From positions 32,103 to 96,102 of the forward strand of contig JAFUOQ010000001.1 in the NCBI GenBank assembly GCA_017472695.1: 64,000 nt of DNA, read 5' to 3'. The translations under genes were made by a program, and so were the position numbers. The notes beneath the pieces were generated by a model. It worked only from the letters and a program-made list of their open reading frames with translations. It was not told the DNA's origin and made no database searches. The DNA is from Clostridia bacterium. GTDB taxonomy: Bacteria; Bacillota; Clostridia; Oscillospirales; CAG-272. Shown here one piece after another: positions 1 to 13,659 of this stretch (within the stretch, counting starts at the first letter, position 1; every line of letters starts with the position of its first letter).

Positions 1-55
1 CAAAGCCACCAGCAACGGTGGAGTGGGAGTAGACTCCCACAAATAGGCAATTTAG

Positions 56-3113
<3,058 letters not shown>

Positions 3114-3117
<4 letters not shown>

Positions 3118-4211
3118 TGGAAAAGTGTAACAGAAAAATAATATTGGAGGATGGAGCGGAGTATTACGGATACGGCTTTGGAGATACCTCGGATAAGGTA
3201 TGCGAGATCGTATTCAATACCTCAATGGTTGGCTATCAGGAGATCGTGTCCGATCCATCCTATACCTATCAGGCCGTGGTTATGACCTATCCCATCATCG
3301 GTAACTACGGTATTTGCGATGACGATTACGAAACGAACACACCGACAATCGGCGCGCTTATCGTTCGAGAATATAATAATGAACCGTCTAATTTCAGAAG
3401 CACTTGTACTTTAGATGAAATCATGAAGAAGTACGGTATTCCGGGTGTATGGGGAATTGACACGAGAAAGCTGACACGCTCTATTCGTGATTTTGGATCA
3501 AGAAAAGCACTTATCACAAATGCGAATGTCACGCTCGAAGAAGGGCTTGAGATACTCAAAAAAACGGATATTCCCACAGATGCGGTTTCCAAGGTCAGCT
3601 GTAAGAGCATATGGTACTCCCGTGTGCCAAAGGAAAAATTTCACGTCGTTGCCATCGACTGCGGTATGAAGCAAAATATCGTTCGTTCGCTGAATAAGCG
3701 CGGATGTACGGTGACCATCGTACCGTGGGATACGACGGCGGAGGAGATCGAGCATTTGACTCCGGATGGAATCTTTATTTCCAATGGTCCCGGTGATCCA
3801 ACCGACGTACAGCCTGTGATTGAAACTATTCGGACACTTTGCGGCAAGTATCCTATTTTCGGGATCTGCCTTGGACATCAGATCATCTCTCTTGCCTATG
3901 GCGCAAAGACCTATAAGCTGAAATTTGGACACAGAGGTGGTAATCATCCCGTTAGAAACCTACAAACGAACAAGATCGAGATCACCTCGCAGAATCATTC
4001 CTACGCAGTTGATACGGAAAGCCTTGCAGGAACAAGGTTGGTTCCTACGCATATCAATATTCTTGATAACACCATTGAAGGCGTAGAGTGCCGCGAGGAT
4101 CACGTGTTCAGCGTGCAGTATCACCCCGAAAGCGCACCCGGACCACAGGACAGCGCATATCTGTTCGATAAATTTATTAAAATTATGCAGGAGGAAAAGT
4201 GCAATGCCTAA
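3114..4211 (+). CDS. carA: carbamoyl-phosphate synthase small (glutaminase) subunit
   Basis: 365 aa with class-I GATase motifs GICLGHQ and QYHPE after a CPSase small-chain N-domain. The start overlaps the purF stop. Confidence 0.95.
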
Positions 4212-7200
4212 GAGAACCGATATTAAAAAAGTCCTTGTGATTGGCTCTGGCCCTATCGTTATCGGTCAGGCGGCAGAGTTCGACTACGCAGGAACGCAAG
4301 CTTGCCTTGCTCTCAAGGAGGAGGGCTACGAGGTCGTTCTTTGTAACTCCAATCCTGCAACGATTATGACGGATACATCCATTGCCGATAAGGTCTATAT
4401 GGAACCGCTGACATTGGAATATATCGCAAAGATCATTCGTTTTGAACGTCCCGATGCCATTCTTCCCGGAATCGGTGGTCAAACAGGACTGAACCTTGCC
4501 ATGCAGCTTGAAAAGAAGGGAATCCTAAAGGAATGTCGTGTGGAGCTTCTCGGAACAAGTAGCGAATCCATTGAACGAGCCGAGGACAGAGAGCTTTTCA
4601 AGGAGCTTTGCGAGAGTCTCGGCGAGCCCGTCCTTCCCTCGGATATTGCAAACTCCATTGAGGAAGGCTTGAACGTTGCCGAAAGGATCGGTTATCCCGT
4701 TGTTCTCCGTCCTGCCTTTACTCTTGGTGGAACAGGTGGTGGCTTTGCCGACAATGAGGAAGAATTTCTTTCGCTGATGAAAAATGCTCTGTCACTCTCT
4801 CCTGTGCATCAGGTGCTCATAGAGAAGAGCATTAAGGGCTATAAGGAAATAGAATATGAGGTCATGCGCGATCATAACGATACCGCCATTACGATCTGCA
4901 ATATGGAGAATATCGATCCCGTAGGGATTCATACAGGTGACTCTATCGTGGTCTGCCCCTCGCAAACGCTGACGAATAAAGAATATCATATGCTCCGTGA
5001 CAGCGCGCTCAAAATCATTCGCGCACTGAAAATTGAAGGAGGATGTAACGTACAGTTTGCACTCGACCCATATTCCTTCCAATATTATCTCATTGAAGTA
5101 AATCCCCGTGTGTCACGTTCCTCTGCACTTGCATCCAAGGCAAGCGGCTATCCGATCGCTCGTGTATCGGCAAAGATCGGTGTGGGTATGACACTGGATG
5201 AAATCAGAATTGCCAATACGCCCGCTTCCTTTGAACCCACGCTCGATTATGTGGTTACCAAGATGCCGCGTTTCCCGTTTGACAAATTTGCCGATGCAAA
5301 CAACTCGCTCTCTACACAGATGAAGGCGACTGGCGAGGTCATGAGCATTGGAAGAACAATAGAGGAAAGCTTGTTAAAAGCGATTCGATCTCTTGAGATA
5401 GGACTTTGCCACCTTCATCACCGTAAGTTTGACAATACGGACGAATCGGAGCTGCTTGATTATATCAAGATCGGAACCGATGACCGTATCTATGCGATTG
5501 CAGAGCTTTTGAGACGTGGATGTGATGCGGGCAGAATTGCGGCGGCAACCGCTATTGATATGCTCTTTATTCGTAAGCTCAAGAATATCGTTGATGAAGA
5601 GCAGCGTATCGCAAATGGTAAAAATGATACTCTCGTGCTTAAAAAAGCAAAAAAAATGGGATTTTCCGACAAGGAGATTGCTAGGCTTTGGGAAACAAGC
5701 GAGCTTGAGGTTTATACGCTTCGCCGCAAGGCAGGCATTGTGCCCGTCTATAAAATGATTGATACCTGCGCTTCCGAGTTTGATAGCTACATTCCGTATT
5801 TCTATTCCACTTATGAGGAAGAGAACGAGTCTGTTGTATCGGATAAAAAGAAGGTGATCGTGCTCGGCTCGGGTCCCGTTCGTATCGGACAGGGTGTTGA
5901 ATTTGATTATTCCACCGTTCATGCAGTACAGACCATCAAGGCGGCGGGTTACGAGGCGATCATCATTAACAACAACCCCGAAACCGTTTCCACCGACTAC
6001 ACCTGTTCCGATAAGCTTTATTTTGAGCCTCTGTGCGTAGAGGACGTTATGAACGTGATCGAGCTTGAAAATCCGGAGGGTGTCATAGCGACTCTAGGCG
6101 GTCAGACCGCAATCAATTTGGCAGAGCCTCTTGCAGAGCGTGGCGTGAAGATCATTGGTACTGATTGCAATGCTATTGAAAAAGCGGAAAACCGAGATGC
6201 CTTTGAAAAGCTTCTTTCAGAGCTGCATATTCCTCAACCAAAGGGCAGAGCTGTTACCAGTATCGAGGCAGGAGTCAAGGCGGCAGAGGAGATCGGTTAT
6301 CCTGTGCTTGTTCGCCCCAGCTTTGTCCTTGGCGGCAGAGCCATGCAGATTGTAGCGAAGGAAGAAGCACTCATAGGCTATCTCAAAACCGCTGTTGAGA
6401 TTGATGAAGATAAGCCAGTGCTTGTAGACAAATATATTCGCGGTAAGGAGGTCGAGGTGGATGCCATCTGCGACGGCAAGCGTGTATTTGTTCCGGGAAT
6501 TATGGAATTGGTTGAGAGAACGGGTATTCACTCGGGTGACTCGATCAGCGTGTATCCTTCCTTCTCAATCTCCGATAAGGTCAAGAAAACGATTCTCAAA
6601 TATACTGAAAAGCTTGGAATCGGTATCGGTATTATAGGGCTATTTAATATTCAGTTTATCGTGGACGAGCACGATGACGTATATATCATTGAGGTCAATC
6701 CGCGTTCCTCACGAACGGTTCCGTTCCTTTCTAAAGCAACCGGATATAGTCTTGCGGATATCGCAACACTTGTGAATCTCGGTGTTTCGCTTCAGGAGCA
6801 GGGAATTTTCGATATTTACCCGAAGGAAAAGAGCCGTTATTATGTGAAAGCACCTGCATTTTCTTTCTCCAAGCTACGCGGAATGGACGCATATCTTTCT
6901 CCCGAAATGAAATCCACTGGCGAGGCAATTGGTTATGACAAAAAGCTGCATCGCGCAATGTATAAGGCGATGATCGCATCAGGTCTTACGCTCCGTAACT
7001 ACGGTACAGTGGTTGTCAGCGTGGCTGACGAGGACAAGGCGGAGACACTTCCACTTGTTAAAAGATTTTATAATATGGGCTTTAATATTGAAGCCACAAT
7101 GCTTACAGGACAGTATCTAAAGGAGCATGGTATTCGTACGAGGATTCGTCACAAGCCGAGCGAGGGCAGTGAGGAGGTGCTTGATTCCATCAGGCAGGGA

Positions 7201-7386
7201 TACGTAAGCTACGTTATCAATACCCGTGCAATCTTGTCCGGCAAGCATTTTGGAGATGGTGTTGCCATTCGTCGCTGTGCAGCGCAAAATAACATTACGA
7301 TGCTTACCTCTCTTGATACCGTTAGGATGCTCCTTGATGTTCTTGAGGAGGTCACAATGGGAATCTCTACAATTAACGCAAAATAA
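4204..7386 (+). CDS. carB: carbamoyl-phosphate synthase large subunit
   Basis: 1060 aa with two ATP-grasp halves, each opening with a GSGPxxIGQxxEFDY block (aa ~14 and ~560), and a C-terminal MGS-like domain. It overlaps the carA stop by 8 nt. Confidence 0.97.
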   Translation: MPKRTDIKKVLVIGSGPIVIGQAAEFDYAGTQACLALKEEGYEVVLCNSNPATIMTDTSIADKVYMEPLTLEYIAKIIRFERPDAILPGIGGQTGLNLAMQLEKKGILKECRVELLGTSSESIERAEDRELFKELCESLGEPVLPSDIANSIEEGLNVAERIGYPVVLRPAFTLGGTGGGFADNEEEFLSLMKNALSLSPVHQVLIEKSIKGYKEIEYEVMRDHNDTAITICNMENIDPVGIHTGDSIVVCPSQTLTNKEYHMLRDSALKIIRALKIEGGCNVQFALDPYSFQYYLIEVNPRVSRSSALASKASGYPIARVSAKIGVGMTLDEIRIANTPASFEPTLDYVVTKMPRFPFDKFADANNSLSTQMKATGEVMSIGRTIEESLLKAIRSLEIGLCHLHHRKFDNTDESELLDYIKIGTDDRIYAIAELLRRGCDAGRIAAATAIDMLFIRKLKNIVDEEQRIANGKNDTLVLKKAKKMGFSDKEIARLWETSELEVYTLRRKAGIVPVYKMIDTCASEFDSYIPYFYSTYEEENESVVSDKKKVIVLGSGPVRIGQGVEFDYSTVHAVQTIKAAGYEAIIINNNPETVSTDYTCSDKLYFEPLCVEDVMNVIELENPEGVIATLGGQTAINLAEPLAERGVKIIGTDCNAIEKAENRDAFEKLLSELHIPQPKGRAVTSIEAGVKAAEEIGYPVLVRPSFVLGGRAMQIVAKEEALIGYLKTAVEIDEDKPVLVDKYIRGKEVEVDAICDGKRVFVPGIMELVERTGIHSGDSISVYPSFSISDKVKKTILKYTEKLGIGIGIIGLFNIQFIVDEHDDVYIIEVNPRSSRTVPFLSKATGYSLADIATLVNLGVSLQEQGIFDIYPKEKSRYYVKAPAFSFSKLRGMDAYLSPEMKSTGEAIGYDKKLHRAMYKAMIASGLTLRNYGTVVVSVADEDKAETLPLVKRFYNMGFNIEATMLTGQYLKEHGIRTRIRHKPSEGSEEVLDSIRQGYVSYVINTRAILSGKHFGDGVAIRRCAAQNNITMLTSLDTVRMLLDVLEEVTMGISTINAK

Positions 7387-7402
7387 AGAAGGATGTGATT
7401 TT

Positions 7403-8194
7403 ATGCATTTTACGAAAATGCACGGACTTGGAAACGATTATCTGTACGTGTACGGAGAGGTTCCGAGCAATATCGAAGAATTATCCACAAAGCTTTCCGA
7501 ACGGCACTTTGGTGCCGGCTCGGACGGTATGATCTACATATCACCCTCAGCCGTTGCGGACTTCAAAATGCGTATTTTCAATGCAGACGGAAGCGAAGCT
7601 AAAATGTGCGGAAATGGTATTCGCTGTGTCGGTAAATACGTTTACGATAAGGGCTATACCGACAAAAGAAAGCTGACGATAGAGACACTTTCGGGCATCA
7701 AGACCTTGGAGCTCGGTGTCAGCTTCGGCAAGGTTAAAAGCGTGACCGTAGATATGGGACAGGCTGTTCCGTTAGAAGATATGACTTTAACGGTTGATGG
7801 TAAAACGGTAACTATGACACCCGTATCAGTCGGCAATCCTCATGCGGTTATTTTCGTTGATGATATCGAAAAAGCACCACTTACTTCGCTTGGTCCTAAA
7901 ATCGAACATCACAAAGCGTTTCCTGATGGTGTAAACGTAGAATTTGTTCAGGTACTTGGTGATAGCGAGCTTCGCATGAGAGTATGGGAGAGGGGAAGCG
8001 GTGTGACAATGGCTTGCGGAACGGGGGCTTGTGCCTCTGCAACGGCAGCGGTCAAGAAGAGGTATTGTGAATCTTGTGAGCCAATCTCGGTTCATCTTGA
8101 CGGTGGCACATTGAAAATAATCGTTGCAAACGACAATACTGTTACAATGACAGGTCCGGCAGAATTTATATATGAGGGGGACACAATAGAATGA
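7403..8194 (+). CDS. dapF: diaminopimelate epimerase
   Basis: MHFTKMHGLGNDYLYV N-terminus and two catalytic Cys contexts (KMCGNG, MACGTGA). The ORF-track start at 7226 is an extension overlapping carB. ATG 7403 follows an AGAAGGA RBS. Confidence 0.9.
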   Translation: MHFTKMHGLGNDYLYVYGEVPSNIEELSTKLSERHFGAGSDGMIYISPSAVADFKMRIFNADGSEAKMCGNGIRCVGKYVYDKGYTDKRKLTIETLSGIKTLELGVSFGKVKSVTVDMGQAVPLEDMTLTVDGKTVTMTPVSVGNPHAVIFVDDIEKAPLTSLGPKIEHHKAFPDGVNVEFVQVLGDSELRMRVWERGSGVTMACGTGACASATAAVKKRYCESCEPISVHLDGGTLKIIVANDNTVTMTGPAEFIYEGDTIE

Positions 8195-9381
8195 TAACAC
8201 CCAATATGCACTATGCAGACTTAAAGGAATCTTATCTGTTTGCGGGAATCGCACAGAAGGTGAAAAAATATCAGCAAGAGCATCCCGATCAGCATATTTA
8301 CCGTATGGGCATTGGTGACGTTTCTTTGCCGCTTTGCGATGCTGTCATCAAGGCACTTCACAAGGGCGTAGAGGATCAAGCGTGTAAAGAGACCTTTCAC
8401 GGCTATATGCCTGAATGTGGATCGCAGTTCTTGCGTGAGACCATTGCCAAGCATTACGCTGAACGCGGCGTGATGCTGGATACGGACGAGGTGTTCGTTT
8501 CGAGCGGAGCTAGTGATGAGCTGGGAGATATTCTCGATCTGTTTGACAGAAGTAGCTCGGCACTCGTCATTGAACCCGCATATCCTGCCTACGTAGATGC
8601 CAACATCATTGCAGGCAGGGAGATTATTCATCTAGCATCGGGTAAAGAAAATGGCTTTTTACCCGCACCGAGCGAGGATTTTAAGGCGGATATTCTCTAT
8701 ATCTGTTCACCAAACAATCCAACTGGTGCCGTATTCAGCAGAAATCAGCTTCAGGCTTGGGTGGACTTTGCAAACGAAAACGGTTCGATTATTCTTTTTG
8801 ATGCTGCATACGAGGCGTTTATCGAGGATGAAACGCTTCCACACAGTATCCTTGAGCTTAACGGAGCGGAAAAGTGCGCCATAGAGATTTGCTCGCTTTC
8901 CAAAACCGCAGGCTTTACGGGAACTCGCCTTGGCTATACCGTAATTCCTAAAGCACTGAATCGTTCTGGCATGAATTTTAACGCAATGTGGGTACGCAAT
9001 CGTACCACAAAAACCAATGGTGTTTCTTATATCATTCAAAGAGGCGGAGCTGCGGTATTTACGCCCGAAGGACAGGCACAGATCAAGGCGAACATTCAAA
9101 TCTATAAGAATAATGCCAAGGTCTTGATGGAAGCACTTGATAAGCTCGGTATTTGGTACACGGGCGGTAAGAACGCACCGTATATTTGGCTGAAGTGTCC
9201 AAATGGTATGGGAAGCTGGGAATTCTTTGATTATCTTTTGAATGAGATACAGGTCGTTGGTACGCCCGGTGAAGGCTTCGGCGCGTGCGGTGAAGGATAT
9301 TTTCGCTTTTCAACCTTTGGTAGTCCAGAGGATACAAGAGAAGCGGCACGTCGCCTTTGCGAGTTGCTTGAAAGGAACTAA
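8191..9381 (+). CDS. dapL: LL-diaminopimelate aminotransferase
   Basis: N-terminus LKESYLFAGIAQKV and PLP-Lys block SLSKTAGFTGTRLGY resemble DapL-type class I aminotransferases. The start overlaps the dapF stop. Confidence 0.82.
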   Translation: MITPNMHYADLKESYLFAGIAQKVKKYQQEHPDQHIYRMGIGDVSLPLCDAVIKALHKGVEDQACKETFHGYMPECGSQFLRETIAKHYAERGVMLDTDEVFVSSGASDELGDILDLFDRSSSALVIEPAYPAYVDANIIAGREIIHLASGKENGFLPAPSEDFKADILYICSPNNPTGAVFSRNQLQAWVDFANENGSIILFDAAYEAFIEDETLPHSILELNGAEKCAIEICSLSKTAGFTGTRLGYTVIPKALNRSGMNFNAMWVRNRTTKTNGVSYIIQRGGAAVFTPEGQAQIKANIQIYKNNAKVLMEALDKLGIWYTGGKNAPYIWLKCPNGMGSWEFFDYLLNEIQVVGTPGEGFGACGEGYFRFSTFGSPEDTREAARRLCELLERN

Positions 9382-9385
9382 TAGT

Positions 9386-10114
9386 ATGAGAAATTATAAA
9401 GAAGAATTTGATAATCGCGTTGCCTTTATTCGTGATATTCTTGCAGAGAGCGGTGCAAAGGGAATCGTATACGGAAACAGCGGAGGGAAGGATTCTGCGC
9501 TCGTGGGTATCCTTTGCAAAGCCGCTTGCAGTAATACAGTCGGAATCATTATGCCTTGCACATCAAAGCGCAACTATGATGAGGATACGGTAGATGCAAT
9601 GGCAGTGGCGGAGCAATATAAGATCGAAACGAGAACCATCGATCTGACGCCTGTAAAGAAAGCAGAGCTGAAAGCATTGGAGGGCGTAACAGCTCCTAAC
9701 ACTGGCGCACTTGCCAACATAGCACCTCGTCTGCGTATGCTGACGCTATATGCCGTTGCGGCAAGTGAGGACAGATTGGTAGCAGGAACGGGTAATAGAA
9801 GTGAAGCATACGTTGGATACTTTACCAAATGGGGTGATGGGGCACACGACTTCAATCCGATCTCCGATCTAACCGTAACCGAGATCTATGAATTTCTACG
9901 TTATCTGAATGCACCGGATAGAATTATCAAAAAGGCCCCCTCAGCAGCACTCTTTGACGGTCAGACCGACGAGAGCGAAATGGGTGTGACCTACGCCGAG
10001 CTTGATGGATTTCTTTGTGGCAATGAAATCCCAACCGAAAAAAAGAAAATCATTGATAAGCTTCACAATCAAAGTGAGCATAAGAGAAAGGGAATTGCTG
10101 TTTACAGCAAATAA
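9386..10114 (+). CDS. nadE: NH3-dependent NAD+ synthetase (short form, no glutaminase domain)
   Basis: PP-loop motif SGGKDS in a 242-aa protein. The in-frame ATG at 9386 lies just after the dapL stop. The track start at 9242 overlaps dapL. Confidence 0.88.
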   Translation: MRNYKEEFDNRVAFIRDILAESGAKGIVYGNSGGKDSALVGILCKAACSNTVGIIMPCTSKRNYDEDTVDAMAVAEQYKIETRTIDLTPVKKAELKALEGVTAPNTGALANIAPRLRMLTLYAVAASEDRLVAGTGNRSEAYVGYFTKWGDGAHDFNPISDLTVTEIYEFLRYLNAPDRIIKKAPSAALFDGQTDESEMGVTYAELDGFLCGNEIPTEKKKIIDKLHNQSEHKRKGIAVYSK

Positions 10115-10155
10115 AAAGACGGCATTGATTTTATAATTCGTATTTAACTGATAAG

Positions 10156-10189
10156 AAAAACAGACCAATTTGGGTCTGTTTTTTATTTT
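10156..10189 (+). terminator. intrinsic terminator after nadE
   Basis: Stem cagacc/gggtctg with a 6-nt loop, flanked by an A-run and followed by TTTTTTATTTT. Confidence 0.8.
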
Positions 10190-10200
10190 GCAGGAAATTG

Positions 10201-10229
10201 TTGACAATTCAACGAAACCGTGCTATAAT
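10201..10229 (+). promoter_or_regulatory. sigmaA-type promoter of the ene-reductase/AcnX operon
   Basis: TTGACA (10201-10206), 17-nt spacer, TGcTATAAT extended -10 (10224-10229). Confidence 0.65.
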
Positions 10230-10236
10230 AAATCAA

Positions 10237-10254
10237 TTGTTGAATGGTCAACAA
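10237..10254. promoter_or_regulatory. perfect 7-4-7 palindrome TTGTTGA-ATGG-TCAACAA, candidate Rex-type operator
   Basis: It lies 8 nt downstream of the -10 box. TTGTTGA/TCAACA-like half-sites recur at ~10197 and ~10262. It resembles the remembered Rex consensus TTGT(T/G)AA-N4-TT(A/C)ACAA. Confidence 0.45.
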
Positions 10255-10299
10255 TTTGATTTTGTCAACATATTAGAATGAAATCAGAAAGGAAACATT

Positions 10300-12369
10300 A
10301 TGAACACTATGGATGAAAAGTATGAGGCGCTATTTACCCCCTGGAAGATAGGAAATGTTGAGATTAAAAATCGCATAGTTTTGTGTCCTACGGGCGGCAC
10401 GTCACTTTTCGGTTGGTTTGAGCTTGGTGGTTGCCATTTTGACAAGGAGGCAGCCAAGCATTTTCTAAAAAGAGCAGAAAACAATGTAGGACTTATAATT
10501 CCTGGCATAGCACCTTTGCGTGATACTTTTTGGGGCAAATGGCTCTGGCAAAACAAAAAAATGTTCAAGGAATTGAAGGAATTTATGGACGAAATCCATA
10601 AAACAGGAGCAAAGCTGTTCATTCAACTAACTGCCGGAATGGGTCGCTCTTGGGCAATTACCGAACTGGTAGCCCCCTTACATAAAAACAGATTAACTCG
10701 TGCTCTAATTAAGCCTATTATTGATACCTCACACGAGCTTGCAAGCCCGAGCCCACAGCCATCTCGTTGGGCACACGACATAACCTGTCCAGAGATGACT
10801 GTGAAACAAATACACGAAATAATAGAGGCTTTTGCAAAAACTGCAAAGCTATGCAAGGAAGCAGGTGTTGATGGCGTAGAGGTGCATGCGGTTCACGAGG
10901 GATATTTACTTGATCAGTTTTCGATAGAATATTTCAACAAAAGAACTGACGAGTATGGTGGTAGCTTTGAAAACCGTTATCGCTTTGCAACTGATGTTGT
11001 AAAGGCAATAAAAAAGGAATGTGGAAAGGATTACCCTGTTTCCTTACGTTATTCTGTTGAGTCTAAAATGAAGGGCTTTTGCGAGGGCGCGCTTCCTGGA
11101 GAGAGCTATACCGAGGTAGGCAGAGGCATAGCGGAATCAGAAAGGGCGGCAAAATACCTACAAGATGCAGGATATGATATGCTAAATGCCGATAATGGAA
11201 CATACGACTCTTGGTATTGGGCGCATCCACCTATGTATATGCCACAAAATTGCAATTTAGAGGATGCTTCGCACATCAAAAAGCTTGTTGATATTCCTGT
11301 CGTTTGCGCTGGAAGAATGGATATGGAAGTAGGCGCTAAAGCAGTAGCAGATGGAAAAATTGATGCCGTAGGCGTTGCCCGTCAATTTTTGGTTGACCCT
11401 GAATGGATTACAAAACTAATTGAAGACCGACTAGAGGATATTAAGCCCTGCATTTGCTGTCATAGTGGATGCTTTAATTTCTCATCCTCAAAGGGACACG
11501 CAAACACACAGGACTTGAAGGATACAATGGGGCTTTCCCGTTGTGCCTTAAATCCAGAGACAATGCAATCTAAAAAATTCTATATTGCCCCTGCTAAAAA
11601 GCAAAAGAAAATTGCAATTATCGGTGGAGGCATCGGTGGAATGGAAGCAGCACTTGTGTGCGCAAAACGTGGACACAGGGTTACACTTTTTGAAAAAAGT
11701 AATAAGCTTGGAGGCGTATTTATTGCTGCATCCGCTCCATCATTTAAGGAGAAGGATAGAGATTTGATTGCTTGGTACATTCGCGAGCTTGCAAAACATC
11801 CGATTACTGTGAAAATGAACACAGAAATTAAGGATATAAAATCTCTTGATGCGGATGAAATCATTGTTGCAACTGGCGCTGTAGCTAAAAAAATTCCAGT
11901 AAAGGGTGCGCAAAAATCGATAGAGGCGATTGACTATCTTCTCGGCAAGAAAAAAGTTGGAGAAAATGTCGTAATTGTAGGTGGCGGCCTTACAGGGTGT
12001 GAAATTGCATACGATTTATTTTTAAAGGGAAAAAAGCCTACAATTGTCGAGATGCAAAATGACTTAATTACAGCTAAAGGTATTTGTCTTGCGAATACAA
12101 GCTATTTGCGTGATTTCTTTAAAACGAATAAAGTGCCTGTGCACCTAGAAACCTCACTTGCAGAAATAAATGATGAGGGCGTTTTACTCAAGGATAAGAA
12201 TGATAAGAAGTTTACTGTAAGCGCTGATTCTGTAATTTTTTCTGTTGGATACAACCCAGCCCCTGTGGCTAAAAAAAGCAGCCATGTCCATGTGATAGGC
12301 GACGCATCAAGCGTAGGTAATCTACGCACAGTTATTTGGGGCGCGTGGAAAACTTGTATGAAGCTTTGA
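10300..12369 (+). CDS. NADH:flavin oxidoreductase of the 2-enoate reductase / 2,4-dienoyl-CoA reductase type (OYE barrel + 4Fe-4S + FAD/NAD(P) domain)
   Basis: 689 aa. N-terminal OYE-like region (VEVHAVHEGYLLDQF), Cys cluster CICCHSGC...C, then Rossmann motif IAIIGGGIGGMEAA and a second VVIVGGGLTGCE. Confidence 0.8.
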   Translation: MNTMDEKYEALFTPWKIGNVEIKNRIVLCPTGGTSLFGWFELGGCHFDKEAAKHFLKRAENNVGLIIPGIAPLRDTFWGKWLWQNKKMFKELKEFMDEIHKTGAKLFIQLTAGMGRSWAITELVAPLHKNRLTRALIKPIIDTSHELASPSPQPSRWAHDITCPEMTVKQIHEIIEAFAKTAKLCKEAGVDGVEVHAVHEGYLLDQFSIEYFNKRTDEYGGSFENRYRFATDVVKAIKKECGKDYPVSLRYSVESKMKGFCEGALPGESYTEVGRGIAESERAAKYLQDAGYDMLNADNGTYDSWYWAHPPMYMPQNCNLEDASHIKKLVDIPVVCAGRMDMEVGAKAVADGKIDAVGVARQFLVDPEWITKLIEDRLEDIKPCICCHSGCFNFSSSKGHANTQDLKDTMGLSRCALNPETMQSKKFYIAPAKKQKKIAIIGGGIGGMEAALVCAKRGHRVTLFEKSNKLGGVFIAASAPSFKEKDRDLIAWYIRELAKHPITVKMNTEIKDIKSLDADEIIVATGAVAKKIPVKGAQKSIEAIDYLLGKKKVGENVVIVGGGLTGCEIAYDLFLKGKKPTIVEMQNDLITAKGICLANTSYLRDFFKTNKVPVHLETSLAEINDEGVLLKDKNDKKFTVSADSVIFSVGYNPAPVAKKSSHVHVIGDASSVGNLRTVIWGAWKTCMKL

Positions 12370-12384
12370 TAAAGGAGAATAAAA

Positions 12385-13659
12385 ATGATACTAACAAAGG
12401 AACAGCAAGATATATTAGACGGCAATAAAGGAGAAACTCTTGCCAAGGTTATGAAAACTCTGGTTATGTATGGAGATGCCTTTGAAGCTGAAAAGCTTGT
12501 GCCAATTACATCAAATTACAACCACTTGGTAACCTCTTTTGGACTTAAAGTAATGTCCCCTGTGTATGATTTAATGCAAAAGCTCCTAGATGCAGGAGTG
12601 GCTTCAGGACAGGAGTTTTCTGTTGACCCTCGTCCACTTGATAAAAATGTGCCAGCAAATTTTTTACAGAATCTCGTTTTTAATAAGTTTATGTATTCAA
12701 AGCAGGATTTTTATGAGAAACAACTAAAGGAGCTCGGTCTTATGAATGAGGATGCCTTTACTTGTACCTGCTATATGGATGAGGTAGGAAACAAGCCAAA
12801 GAGAGGCGAGGTGCTTTCTTGGGCTGAATCAAGTGCGGTTGTTTACGCAAACTCTGTTCTTGGTGCTAGATGCAACCGTAATTCGGGTATAATTGATATT
12901 ATGGGCTCGATTGCGGGATATGTGCCGTATTTTGGACTTTTAACAGACGAGGGCAGACGCGCAACTTGGCTAATAAGGGTAGAAACCACCAAAAAGCCAG
13001 AGGCACAGCTGCTTGGCTCAGCAATCGGTATGAAGGTCATGGAGGATGTGCCATACATAGTAGGACTTGATAAATGGTTAGGAAATGAGCTTAACGACTC
13101 TACATGTGCATATTTAAAGGACTTCGGCGCAGCAACTGCATCAAATGGTGCGGTGGGGCTTTATCACATTGAAGGCTTGACCCCGGAGGCGAAGGATTTT
13201 GGAAAAGACCTAATTGTAAGTGGTGCAAGAGAATACATAATAGACGATAACGAGCTCGAAAGAGTTCAAGCGAACTATCCCGTAGTTTGGAAAAACAAGG
13301 ACGCAAAGCCAAAGCTATGCTTTGTGGGTTGTCCTCATCTTTCGCTTGAGCAGTTAAAATCTTGGACAGAAAATATTGAAAAAGAGCTTAAAAATAAAGG
13401 CAATAAAAAGGTCATAATACCAACAGTATTTACAGCCGCACCAAGGGTGCTTGAGGAGTTTAAAAAGACGGATTATGCAACTCGCCTTGAAAAAATGGGC
13501 GTAATAACCTCGTATATTTGCCCTCTTATGTATATGAATAATCCACTTTGCAAAAAAATGCCTGTTATTACATCATCAAACAAGCTTCGCACATATACAA
13601 GTGCAAGATATTATAAGGATGAAGAAATTCTTGATATGATTACAGGAGGTAAGAAATAA
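12385..13659 (+). CDS. aconitase X catalytic subunit (DUF521 family hydro-lyase)
   Basis: N-terminus MILTKEQQDILDGNKGETLAKVMKTLVMYGDAFEAEKLVPITS plus conserved Cys contexts (CTCYMDE, GARCNRNSG, FVGCPHLS), as remembered for DUF521/AcnX large subunits. Confidence 0.78.
   Translation: MILTKEQQDILDGNKGETLAKVMKTLVMYGDAFEAEKLVPITSNYNHLVTSFGLKVMSPVYDLMQKLLDAGVASGQEFSVDPRPLDKNVPANFLQNLVFNKFMYSKQDFYEKQLKELGLMNEDAFTCTCYMDEVGNKPKRGEVLSWAESSAVVYANSVLGARCNRNSGIIDIMGSIAGYVPYFGLLTDEGRRATWLIRVETTKKPEAQLLGSAIGMKVMEDVPYIVGLDKWLGNELNDSTCAYLKDFGAATASNGAVGLYHIEGLTPEAKDFGKDLIVSGAREYIIDDNELERVQANYPVVWKNKDAKPKLCFVGCPHLSLEQLKSWTENIEKELKNKGNKKVIIPTVFTAAPRVLEEFKKTDYATRLEKMGVITSYICPLMYMNNPLCKKMPVITSSNKLRTYTSARYYKDEEILDMITGGKK

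Noticed and set aside
7226-7402. Upstream extensions of ORF-track starts. Examples: 7226 for dapF, 9242 for nadE, 33195 for the SHOCT gene, 43958 for fhs, 52835 for argH, 36466 for the LCP-like gene, 29040 for the WbaP-like gene.
   Set aside because: The extensions overlap the preceding gene or run through leader structures and lack an RBS. Internal ATGs with good Shine-Dalgarno spacing give the canonical family N-termini.
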